Source of the DNA: Rhynchobatus australiae | Taxonomy: Eukaryota | Direction: 5' to 3' | Assembly (NCBI GenBank): GCA_034780895.1 | Contig: JAUZTB010000127.1 | Span: 41,312,503-41,376,502, forward strand | DNA length: 64,000 bases | Shown: positions 13,966-24,959 of the stretch, one piece after another | Numbering within the stretch: position 1 is the first letter of the stretch | Layout: the number at the start of each line of letters is the position of its first letter | Notes under the pieces: model-generated | The model's database searches: none | What the model saw: the letters and a program-made list of their open reading frames with translations, nothing else | What the model was told of the DNA's origin: nothing | Position numbers and translations under genes: made by a program

Positions 13966-14447
13966 TAAATCTCTTTACGTGGTTTGGTGTCAAATTTTGT
14001 CTGAAAACCTCATGTGAATTACCTGATAATGGTTTACTTTGTTAAAGATACTATTAAAAGGTAACATTGTCCTTTTGAACTTCTGAATGTGTTAATTGAT
14101 CTCAGCTAAACCGGGGGTAATAGAATCGTTATAAGTGCTCTTGAGGAAAAGAGTAGGAAGAAAGTTAATTCAGCGCCGGACTCCTCTCTTGATTAACGTC
14201 TATTAAATCATTAAATCTGGCCATAGAGAGTTAATAGAAAAGGCTCGACTCCGACTGTGACATTGCTCACGGCTGAATGATCTTCATTTACCCTCAAATT
14301 CCAGACAAAGATCAGTTGCATGCATTGGAACACAGCTGAAATCTGCAAACCATGTCCCAGAAAAGGTGAGAGAATAATGGAAGTAAATGCAGGCAATTAT
14401 AAGAAATCAAAACATAATTAAAGGACAACTTGAGTGAGCTTGAAAAA

Positions 14448-14498
14448 CAGTTTCTTTATATTAAGCAGTTTCTTTATATTAAGCAGTTTCTTTATATT
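14448..14498. repeat. 18-bp tandem repeat, about 2.8 copies
   Basis: CAGTTTCTTTATATTAAG repeated; explains the KQFLYI repeat in the spurious ORF at 14430. Confidence 0.9.
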
Positions 14499-14929
14499 TA
14501 CACCACTCAATATTTAGATCATATTTGCAAGGGGAACATAATATTAAACACAATGGCCTTTTGCTCCAGCAGACCTCAGCACAGACCAATTATTAAGTTA
14601 ATATTTTCAATTTTGCCTGGTAATTCCCCAAGCAGTGAGTTTAAATTGGCAGTGATCTATCTTACTGAAAGTCTACATACACCTGGAGTGTTATTAATTG
14701 AGATGACTTCCAACACAATAACTGGCAAAATGAAACTAGATTGCATATTTATTTCATACTGCTGCATTTTTTACATTATGACACTTCAAAAGTTATTCAT
14801 TTGGTGATCGGAAGCTGGGAAAAGCATTAACTACAAGTCTCACTTTCATTTCCTCATCACCAAGAAGTTTTTCTTTTCATCTCTGTCTCAACAAAATGTA
14901 GAGGGTCATCTGTTTTTCTTCCCAGACAA

Positions 14930-16200
14930 CATTTGTTGAGGGTTACAATCCCAGCAATAGACTAGGTCCTGTGTGCACTAAATCAACACAGTCAATTCCT
15001 GAATCTTTCAAGGACGGCAATAGGTGTTTAAATAGAATTTTGCACTTGAAGATTCCTCCCACTTGCCAAATTAAAAATTGTGGCAGAAGCAGAATAAAAA
15101 CTGCAACTAATAAAATTTGGTTACTAGAACACAGAATGTTTTTCGACAAAGAGGAAATTATGTCCAGAATTTCTACCAAGTTGCACTTGGTTTTCAAGAA
15201 CTACACAAGCAAGTTATAGTACAAAGTACATAATGAACCGTGAAGATGGACTAATTGTAAGAATCACACTGCACAAAAACTTTGAGCATGCCAGAAATTG
15301 GTAATGTTTCACAGAATGTTGTCTTCAAGGCCCTTTTGAAATTGTATCACATGACTGTAATCAACACACAGAGTGGGCCATGCAGGGAAGAAGGCTACAA
15401 ATGCAGGGTTATGCTGCATTAAAGCGATAATGAATCACTTGCAACTTATAGCAGAGTTATTTGGAACAGAGCTCAGTTTATTTCATAGGCCAGAAAATTG
15501 AAGCTGCCAAGCTGCTCCTGGTGTACAACTCTGCATGGAATAGCTGGACCGATTCCCAGGTCTCAAGAGCCATCTCTCAATGAAGATACGCATCCATGAT
15601 GAAATTCACTGCCTCTTTCAGCGTGCTAGCATGGCCTACAACTGTCTAAGGATAGATAAACATATCAAACCTTGGGCAGGCCATGCCTGTGGCCTACTGG
15701 TTAAGTGAATCACTATCAACATCCTCTATCAAACCAACATCCCCAGCTTTGATATCACATTTACACTCCATTGTACAGGCCACATTATTCACATACCTGA
15801 CAACAGATTCCAAAACCACTCTATGCCTAGCTATGTCAAGGCAAGTTGAACTTGTCGAATGGAGGAAAAGATTCAAGAGTGTTCTAAAAGTGTAACAATT
15901 TCACTGACGCATGGGAATCACTGACTCATGACCATTCAGAATGGACAAGGAGCATTCAGGATGGCATTGAGAACCTTGATTTCATTCACTGGGAGCACAC
16001 AGAAGTGCAATGTAAACGGCAGCAATGTTCCAACTCCCAATTACCCAGCCACTCCATCAAGAGTCTGCAGGTTGAGCAATGGACTCATCAGCCATATCTG
16101 AACACTCAGAACTGGAGAAGAAGAAAATCATCTATCCAAAGAATAAGACAACTATCACTGTACAGAGTAGGTCAACTTCTTTTAAAAAATGCAGCTTCGA
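14930..16200 (+). mobile_element. Highly degraded RTE-like LINE fragment
   Basis: Remnants such as D+..RF..ASMAY (ATCCATGATGAAATTCACTGCCTCTTTCAGCGTGCTAGCATGGCC) parallel the RTE copies at 50790 and 59310. Confidence 0.45.
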
Positions 16201-16259
16201 TGTCAGAGTTTACTGATTTTAGCAGAACCACAGAATCTGTTGCTTCACAACTCCATGGT

Positions 16260-16690
16260 CCACTCTTTCATCCTCACCTACCACTACTGGTCTTAGGGCA
16301 TTTTTCCATGCAACAGCAGGAGGTGCAACACCTGAGCTTTCACCTCTTGACTTCCTACCATCCAGGGACCCAAGCAGTCTTTCCAGGTGAAGCAAAGATT
16401 TGTATGCACTCCTTCCAATCTAGTGTACTGCATTCAATGTTCACAGTGTGGACTCCTCTGCACTCGGAAAACCAAACACAGATTGGGTGATCACTTTGCA
16501 AAGCACCCGTGGTCAGTCTGCAGGTGTAACCAAGAGCTTCCAGTTGCCTGCCACTTTTGTTCAGCGTCTACTCCCACTCTGATCTCTCTCTCTGAGTATA
16601 TCCTCCTGCACTGTTACAATGACACCGAATGCAAGTTTGAGGAACATCTCACCTTTCACATGGGCATATTGCAGCCTACAGGACTCCATA
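16260..16690 (+). mobile_element. Penelope-like element GIY-YIG endonuclease remnant
   Basis: ORF 16387: KQRFVCTPSNLVYCIQCSQCGLLCTRKTKHRLGDHFAKH...LPVACHF...HMGILQPTGLHIE fits the PLE GIY-YIG pattern N(L/V)VY.I.C..C...Y.GET.R.L..RF.EH ... P.G(L/M)N. Confidence 0.85.
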
Positions 16691-16691
16691 T

Positions 16692-16865
16692 TGAGCAACA
16701 CACAAAAAGTGCAAGAGCAACTCAGCAGGTCAGGCAGCACCTATGGGGGGAAATGAACAGTCGATGTTTCAGGCCAAGACCCTTCATCAGCACTGGAAAG
16801 AAAGAGGGCAGAAGCCAGAATAAAAGGAGGTGGGGGAGGAACATGAGCAGGCAGGTGACAGATGA
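16692..16865 (-). mobile_element. Penelope-derived terminal repeat, inverted relative to the adjacent GIY-YIG fragment
   Basis: CACACAAAAAGTGC..AGCAACTCAGCAGGTCAGGCAGCACCTATGG...GTTTCAGGCCAAGACCCTTCATCAG. A partial inverted copy (GATTCATCTATCACCTGCCAGCTTGTG) lies at ~16943-16975. Confidence 0.8.
16758..16795 (-). ncRNA. Minimal type-I hammerhead ribozyme motif
   Basis: Reverse strand: CAGUG CUGAUGA AGGGUCUUGGCCU GAAA CAUC GACUG. Intact core boxes, stem II, short stem III, AUC triplet, and stem I CAGU/ACUG with one mismatch next to the core. Confidence 0.7.
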
Positions 16866-17289
16866 ATCTTATCACCTCCATCACTTCCTCCAGCATTTTT
16901 TTAAGTTCCTCCAGCAATTTTTGTGTGTTACTCTCTCACCTGGATTCATCTATCACCTGCCAGCTTGTGTTCCTCCTTTTATTTGACTTTCCATCAACTC
17001 AACCGAGATCACCAACAAAGAAAAAATATCTCAGCAGGTCTTTTCATTTTATCAGTTAAAAATCTGGGAGGACATTACAGTCCCAAAGTGGGATTGGCTG
17101 GCTGATTTAGTTAGAATGGAAGTCTGAAATTACTCTCAAAAGTGCACTATTTTGGTAAATAAATTCCAAATTGGAAATAGCATTACATTGATATTATTAA
17201 ATTGAAACAGAATAAAAAAGCTTCCCTGTTTCAACTTGCAGAATTTCCATACTTGGTTCTCTCACTGAAATAACGTTAATGTTCTTGCT

Positions 17290-17405
17290 TCTGTTACAAT
17301 AACTACATTGCATTCCCTACTCACAAATTAACCACATTCCAAAAGTTCTACATTGGTTGTGAATGTTTTTCTGAATGAGCCAAGATTGTGAAAGGTGCTA
17401 TTTAC
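17290..17405 (+). mobile_element. Deu-SINE-like 3' remnant
   Basis: CATTCCAAAAGTTCTACATTGGTTGTGAATG...TTGTGAAAGGTGCTATTTA resembles the Deu-SINE/L2 tail. Confidence 0.45.
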
Positions 17406-18329
17406 TGACAGTTACTTATTTCAGCTGTAATAGCTTCTGTCTGAGATCCTGTAGCCAAGTCAAATATATGTCTCCACCTGGATACAGAACACATTAACAA
17501 CAAAGTAATGAAGTGCTGGAAAGTCTCTTGGAGTGACCAATAAATATATACCATTTGAAACGAGCAAAATTACAAATTGCTAACTGAGTTAGGATTGCTC
17601 ATGTAGTCTTAAGGCAGAAAAGGTTGAGAACAAAATATTACGAGCATCTCTAAAACACTGTGCTTGGAAGGAATATCAAAACTGCATTACATCAGGGGCA
17701 ATAAGGTTCTGTTAGGATGCGTTCTTGCAAGTTGTAGATCTTGTATTTAATATCATCATAAATATAAATTACAGCAATGACTCTTAATTAAAGAGCCATG
17801 CAAGCAAGAAAAGTTTTATTTAGCTCCTATGATAACCAAGTCCTTCCCAAATCATTTGATCTATGGAGTTCCTTCCATTATTTTTTCCTTCTTTTAAATT
17901 TCAGGGTCTGAATCTCTTTTTGAACCCTACTTAAGCACATTTCAGGATTCAGCTCATCTTTTCAGAGTGTGTTGTTCAATGAGCCTTACACAAAACTGTT
18001 CTTTGCAAATGCAATGCATCACTTATTTTAGCATTATACCATATTGCACTTCACGTGCTTCATGGCAAAATAAAAGCCATCCAGCTTCTCCTCTGACACG
18101 CTGCATGATAAGATGGCAAACATGCAGAGAGCCAGACACCAATGTCAGAACTCTGAAACAATGCTACAGGTATGTGCATGGGATACAGACTGCAAAGAAA
18201 AATACACTGCACTTTTCAGAACTTCAAAACATCCCACAAGCTTTTTACAATGAATGTGAAGTAATCACTGTTGTAATGTCACAGCAAATTAATTGGAAAT
18301 CAGGAAACTGCAGCTGTTCGAAATCTTAG

Positions 18330-18490
18330 ACAAACTGAAAATGCTGGAAGCACTCAGCAGGTCAGACAGCATCTGTGAAAAGACAAACAGAAAAAGGTCT
18401 GAAGAAGGATCTTGTACCTGAAACATTAACTCCTTCTCTTTCCACAGATGCTGTCTGATCTGCTGACTGTTTCCTGCATTTTCTGATTTT
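18330..18490. mobile_element. Fold-back Penelope-derived short element with central hammerhead motif, inserted in a Deu-SINE-like remnant
   Basis: About 50-bp imperfect inverted arms (GAAAATGCTGGAAGCACTCAGCAGGTCAGACAGCATCTGTG / CACAGATGCTGTCTGATCTGCTGACTGTTTCCTGCATTTTC) around CTGAAGAAGGATCTTGTACCTGAAACATT (18399-18427). Confidence 0.75.
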
Positions 18491-21400
18491 GAGCCAATTT
18501 ACTGGATTCACCCTAAACATGTCAGGTCTGTGAGAATCAAACAGGTAAAACCAGCAGCCAATTTATTACAGCAGTGCTCCCCACACACCAACATGATAAT
18601 GACCCTGAAATTACTTCTTAGTGATATATAATAAAATGGTACCGAAAATAATGATTAGCATGTTATACAGTTAAAGCAAAGCAGTTAATGGCATATTAAA
18701 GAACTATGCAACACATTTACATTGTCTAGACATCACACTTAATGAATAACAATACATTCAATTGACCCACGGTGCTGAATAATTAAACTGGCATTAATCG
18801 CCTCTGTGCTTAATGGTGTACAGATTGCAAAAATTATATTTTACCATAATAATCATCCTTGTATGCCTAAAATGATTTCAGAAAATGATTTTAACTGTCC
18901 AAAATTGTCCAGTTTATGTATTAAAGATGAGTATCACCTCAGGATAGACACTCAGCAAACAAACAAATTACATTTGCAATGCTTCATACATGCTTAAATT
19001 TCTTGGACCCGGGGGTTATGAAAATGCTGTTTTCAGTCCATTCACTCTAAACACTAGGTTTTCCAAAGAGTTAGATCTGTGAGAACCCAATGAATAAACT
19101 AGGAAAGTAGCAAATGTGAATACTAAATATAAGTGGGGAGTTGGAGCCATGCCAGGCAGCATGGAGCTACCATGTCTCAACCTTTAATGTAAAATTTCCC
19201 AAGATGCTTCACATGAGTGTAATCGGACCAAAAAGGGGGATGTTAGGATAAGAGACCAAAAGTTCCATTGAAAAGTTAGAATTTAAGCAGCAGCTCGGAG
19301 GGTTGTGAAGTTGAATTTTATCAGAACAACGCTCCAGAAGTTTAAAGGAACACCCTGAAATCAATGGGAGGAAGGAAAGTCAACAGACATCCTGAATCCT
19401 GGAGAACAGAATATAAGAGAGCAATTCAGGAGAAATAGGAATCACAAGCAGGAGGATGGGAAAGTTTGGGAAAGCTTGAAATTGAGTTGAGCCCTTGCTT
19501 ACTTGGCTCATGCCTGATGTTGCAAAGTATCTCTGTATTTATTAAGACCTCTGGCAAACAGCCCCGTTATACTTCAAGGTTACATTGTCAAACATCTTGT
19601 CAGATGCATTGCTACTAATAGCACTACTGTAACTAAATTCAGCCTTCATTTCTAAATCTAAATCTAGCCTATTTAGAATGCTTCTGTACTCCTTATAATC
19701 AATATCACAGCATTAATTCTGTATCAAAGAAGAAAAAACAGAGAATTTTCAGAACAAAATGTTCATTAATCTCTAACTATCCACTTCTACAATTTCAGAA
19801 AGAATGCTGCCTGTATTATAGGGATGTGTTATANNNNNNNNNNNNNNNNNNNNNNNNNNNNNNNNNNNNNNNNNNNNNNNNNNNNNNNNNNNNNNNTACA
19901 ACAATGAAAAAAAAATCATTGGACAACTTAAATTGGCAGAAGAGCTGCGACTCATTCAATGTGGTAAAGAGCAAGCCTTGAACTTGTGGCTATTAATATT
20001 TGATATGCAGAAACATACCTGGAAACATATATAAAATTTAATGACGGAGTTCAAAAAATATTTTAAAATACAGTCGCATGATTCACAAGCAACAGAGATT
20101 CCAAAAAGCAGAATGAAAGGTGATCATAATTTATTTTCAAAGAATATTCCCTGACGAGTGTAAGTAAAACAATGAAAATAATTCTCCTTGTAAAAAATTG
20201 ACACTAAGACTTATTCCTACAGGCCTAAGGATAATGCTCAATCAAGCACTTCACAAACCCCCATCATTTGAAACCTATCGATGTTCCTCCAGAGCAGATC
20301 GATTTGCAGAGATGCAGCTATTCACTTGAATTATTCTGTAATAGCCTGCAATGTTAACCAGTTCGCTGCATTAAGTGGAAGCACAGCTATCTAATCCAAA
20401 GACGTGAGGTCACGATTTGTAAAGAACCTTCGGGAAAATACCTATCTCCAAATTGAAATCCATTCTGAAAAGGCAACTGTGTTGTTCAACTTTGCTATGG
20501 GATCAGTGCAGAAAAACTTTCTAATGCTTTAATCCAGCAGTTCCCTAACTCCAGCACAGAATCTACAAGGGAACGCAAGAATTAACTAATTCAATGCAGG
20601 TTCCATCATAGTAATCAGATCAACGCATTTTCATTACCGCTGTTATGTCCTGACCTCATGAACTCCAAACCCGGCATTAACTCCCACCAATTTAGATTTA
20701 AGATTTAGCTTCACTCTCACTTTTTCCCCACTAGTTATAAAAGACATAAAGGGTAAGAAAGAGTCTTGTTACAAGCTTTGGGGAGCAGGCTGGGATAGAG
20801 GATCAAGTTAAATGTAATTTGGGGGTGCAACAATTTTTAAAGTAGATTCTTTTTTGGCTTCCATCTTGCCTTTTATTTCAGAGGCTCCAAAAGACAAGGT
20901 ATAATAGCTGAAAAGAATTTTAATCAACGACTGCTTGGAAGGATTATGCCCAATGAATGAGTTTCCAGTAAACGACTTGAATGCTATTGTACTAAACCAC
21001 TCATAAAAATTATTGATTTCAATTATTTTGGTGCCTGCAAGATCTAAATGATGAACACTAAAAGCACTAAACCAAATGAAGACTTGACCATAAAGTATCT
21101 TCTACACTTCACACCAATTTATAGCTAGCTAGATCTCTACTTCACACTGGACACAACAAAGTCAGTGACAAAGATCCATAAAGCTTCATGCTACATTCCA
21201 ACAGAAACAAGGAACTAAATGCAAGTCAGCAAGTTCCTTCAGCTAACAAGCCCGATCAATAGAAGATTCAACAAATAGAAATCTCTATTTATGGAGGAGT
21301 ATTGAGAATATGATCCTTTAAATTTTGTATGCAATTTTTACATTGGGTCAGGGATTGGAGCAAGTTTTTGAAGCACACTGAATAATCCTGAGGTACACAT

Positions 21401-21792
21401 CTGTGGAATTGATCTTTCATATTTCCTTACAAACAAATGGCCCTTTTCAAGAACTACCATCCAAGTACATTAATGAGTCTCAAGAGACACAGAATCTTTG
21501 TGGAATTCGCCAAACTGAAATTTCACATATTCCAAGTGATTAGGCTCACATTCAGTAAAAAAAGACAAAAAATTGAAGCATTAGAACATTATTGGTATAT
21601 TAATTACTTAAAGTGTGCTTTTTAACTGCGTTTTCTGGATATACCTGCAGCCATCTGGCTAATTCTTGGTCTATCAGATCTCCAAAGCAAAACTTATCCC
21701 TAATTACACATTTATATTTCAAGACAGAGCAAGTCCCAGGACAATGATACTTGCCAGCACATTAATATCTTAATAAAATATGTCACTAATTT

Positions 21793-21904
21793 GAGAGACA
21801 AGAGATTCTGTAGATGCTGGAATCTGGAGCAATACACACAAAATGTTGGAGGAGCTCAGCAGGTCAGGCAGCATCTACTGAGGGAAATAAACAACTGACG
21901 CTTC
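21793..21904 (-). mobile_element. Penelope-derived terminal repeat running into a gap
   Basis: GAGACAAGAGATTCTGTAGATGCTGGAATCTGGAGCAATACACACAAAATGTTGGAGGAGCTCAGCAGGTCAGGCAGCATC, same family as 47787 and 16692. Confidence 0.8.
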
Positions 21905-22369
21905 NNNNNNNNNNNNNNNNNNNNNNNNNNNNNNNNNNNNNNNNNNNNNNNNNNNNNNNNNNNNNNNNNNNNNNNNNNNNNNNNNNNNNNNNNNNNNNNN
22001 NNNNNNNNNNNNNNNNNNNNNNNNNNNNNNNNNNNNNNNNNNNNNNNNNNNNNNNNNNNNNNNNNNNNNNNNNNNNNNNNNNNNNNNNNNNNNNNNNNNN
22101 NNNNNNNNNNNNNNNNNNNNNNNNNNNNNNNNNNNNNNNNNNNNNNNNNNNNNNNNNNNNNNNNNNNNNNNNNNNNNNNNNNNNNNNNNNNNNNNNNNNN
22201 NNNNNNNNNNNNNNNNNNNNNTGCTACTTTTATTAAAGGTCTCAAGGGACCGATATTCTGATATGGATAACATCTGTAACACAGTGAGCATTAGAATTAA
22301 ACATTAGGGCCTGCAGTGATTCTCTCTCCCCTTTCTTAGCTTCATCCACTCCGATTTAGCAGGCTCTGA

Positions 22370-23060
22370 GGTGGTTGCTGGGACCAATGTGGGATTCAGA
22401 CTCTGTCACAGGTTGGGTAGAATGTGCCTGACAGGGTGGGGACAGTGAGTAATTTGGGAGGAGGTATGCTCTGCCCACTATCCTCAATTGGCTTCCAATG
22501 AAGATATTTGAAGTCACAGTGCTAACCCAGATGTTTATTCACCATTTTGATTGGTCACAGGTAGAAATTCTAACAACCCAATGAGAATGTTACACTTCTT
22601 CAAGGAGGTTTTAAGAACATTCCTGAAGCATTTCCTCTGTGCTCCTGGTAACCTCATGCTGTGACAGAACTTCGAATTGACTGCCTGCTTTAGAATCCTG
22701 CTGTTAGACATATGATAATGTGGCTGCTCATCAGAGCCAGCTGAGAGCATCAGAGGGTCGATACTGGGGATGGTGGGTTGGAAGAGGACATAGACATTGG
22801 TTTGTTTATCTGGACAGATAATTTGGAGAAGTTTGTAGAGATCTCTCCAGTGTTTTTAGATGTCTGCTACAAGGTAGTTCATGTCTCTGAAGCGTACAGG
22901 AAGGCAGGATCACTCATAACTGTTAGATCATGAGCTTTGAGTTTGATCTTCAAACACACTTTTCCTCAGCCAAAGTCAGTTGGTGCACTGAAGGCAGTAG
23001 TGAATTTCATTGTCGTCATCTGTCTTCATTCAAGTGGCTCCCAAGGTATGGAAAGTAGTT
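22370..23060 (-). mobile_element. RTE-clade LINE 3' fragment
   Basis: ORF 22535-22750: HMSNSRILKQAVNSKFCHSMRLPGAQRKCFRNVLKTSLKKC matches the RTE C-terminal RM...R.PKQ.....L..G.R..G.QRKRF.D.LK.SLK motif. Confidence 0.75.
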
Positions 23061-24959
23061 CTGGTTATCCAGGATCTCATAGCAGATCTTTAATGTTTTT
23101 TTGTGGGGGGTGGTGGTGGTTGTTGGGGAAGGGAAGATTGCCAATGGTGGGCAATGGGCAGGTTGGTGGAGGGCCTTTCTTAAATGTAAGGCTTCGGTGA
23201 AGGCTTGTAGGTATACTCATGCACAAACTGTCAGTAGGCCCTGCACCTGCTCCCACTATGGCACAGATAGGGCAGACATTCAAGAATTGGGAAGGGAAGT
23301 ATGGGGATTGTTGAGGTCAAAGTTAGGAGAGGATCAGCAGGAGATCAGTAGAAAGAAGGCTCTTGAGGGAAAGGTCATCAGTGGAAGGAATCTACTTCCA
23401 TTGCCCTCTCACACAGTGCAAAATACTCGAATATTGGGGGTCAGTATGACAAAAATAATCTGGCAGAGGCTTGATCGGCCAAACAGTGCTGCAACTTGCT
23501 AGGGTGCTAAGACAATCAATTTTCAGCAACACATGTATTTTATTTAAGAAGGAACCACTACTGAAGAAATGTCAGTTATGTTGTATTCATTTCATCTTTG
23601 CAATATTTTGAAGGTAATGCATATCATCTCAAAAAATGTAAATTAGAATCAACAGTTCTGCCACTGCACACTGTGACACGGCAATGAGATCCTTTCAGAA
23701 TCAAGCTATTTATAGACACTTTTTAGAACAGATTTTTTTTGAAAGCTGAAGTTAAATTGGATGCAGCTTCAGATCTGTACAGATGAATCCAATTCAACTG
23801 AATATTATTCAGTTGATATTCAGGAGACAAGGAAATGTCATTATATTTTGCGGACTGCGAATTAGAGTCAGCACACTTATTGATGTCCTTAGAAATGACA
23901 CCATAAAACAGACAGGAATAAAATGCAGAATGAATGATCAAATACAACACATTTCATTGAAGGAAGTTAATCTCTATGAAAATCAGGTTACCAACAGCTT
24001 TTCTAGTAAAGGTATAATTCTGGGAAAGAGAAAAAATGAGGCAATTTATTTAACTGAATAAAAGCAAAACTAAAGTGACCCACTTCATTGCTATAATTTA
24101 TTAGGAAATACAATAGTAGGAGATTATACAAATAGTACATCACTATGTGGGTTGATGCTACAATATTGTGATGCAAGTTGTTTGAGTTGAGAGAATTTCA
24201 TTTCTGTGGGACCACTTTAAAACACTGATACTTTCAACAAAAATGAAAACATAAAACATTCCAGTGTCAATGACCTGTGCCTTGGATTTAGACACTAACA
24301 GAAGACAAGCTAGCCTCTGGTCACTAGCACTAAAACTCTTCCACAAGTATTGGCCATCAATTATATTCACTCTCACAGATCCTGCATCAATGAGTTCAAT
24401 GGAGCTGAATGCACAAGGAGTACAACAGCAGCGAAACATTTCAAGATACCTCACCAAAGCTTGGTAAGAACAAAACAGACACCTAGCCACGTATGGAGAC
24501 ATTATGATAGGCATCAAAAGCTTTATCAAATGGTGTCAGTTTCAAGGATTACCTTAAAGGAAGGAAAAGGGAAAGAATGATCAAGATTTAGGGAAGGAAT
24601 TTCAGAGTTTGGGCAGTGGCAATTAGGGCTGTACAGGACAGAATTGGAGGAAATAAGAAATATGGCAGGCGTGACAATGGTGACTGCCTTCACAACTAAG
24701 GACAACATCTGGGAGCACACATGAGAGTCCTTTCCCTCATCAGGGAATGTCTTCTGTTAGGAATGCCAACTACGGAGATCTTGTATCACATTTCATAACC
24801 TTGACAGATTTTTTAAGCAACTTCCTTGTTATATAACAGAAGGACCTATATTAATACATTAAGGGCATAGTGATGGCTCAGTAAGAAACTACTTCATAAA
24901 AAAATCACTGGGATAGTCCTTGAAAGTCACTTGGTGTGGACTTAGGCACCGGCTTTAGA

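Larger units (their letters stand above)
12770..14065 (+). mobile_element. L2-type LINE 3' end split by nested Tc1 and CR1 insertions
   Basis: Collinear L2-like pieces at ~12770-12886, 13351-13430 (TTCCTTTAAGATACTCCTTAAAC..CTCTTTGACCAAG) and ~13970-14060 (GGTGTCAAATTTTGTCTG...GTTAAAGATACTAT). Confidence 0.55.

Noticed and set aside
14430-14807. 125-aa ORF with KQFLYI repeats
   Set aside because: Produced by an 18-bp tandem repeat; no recognisable protein or splice context.
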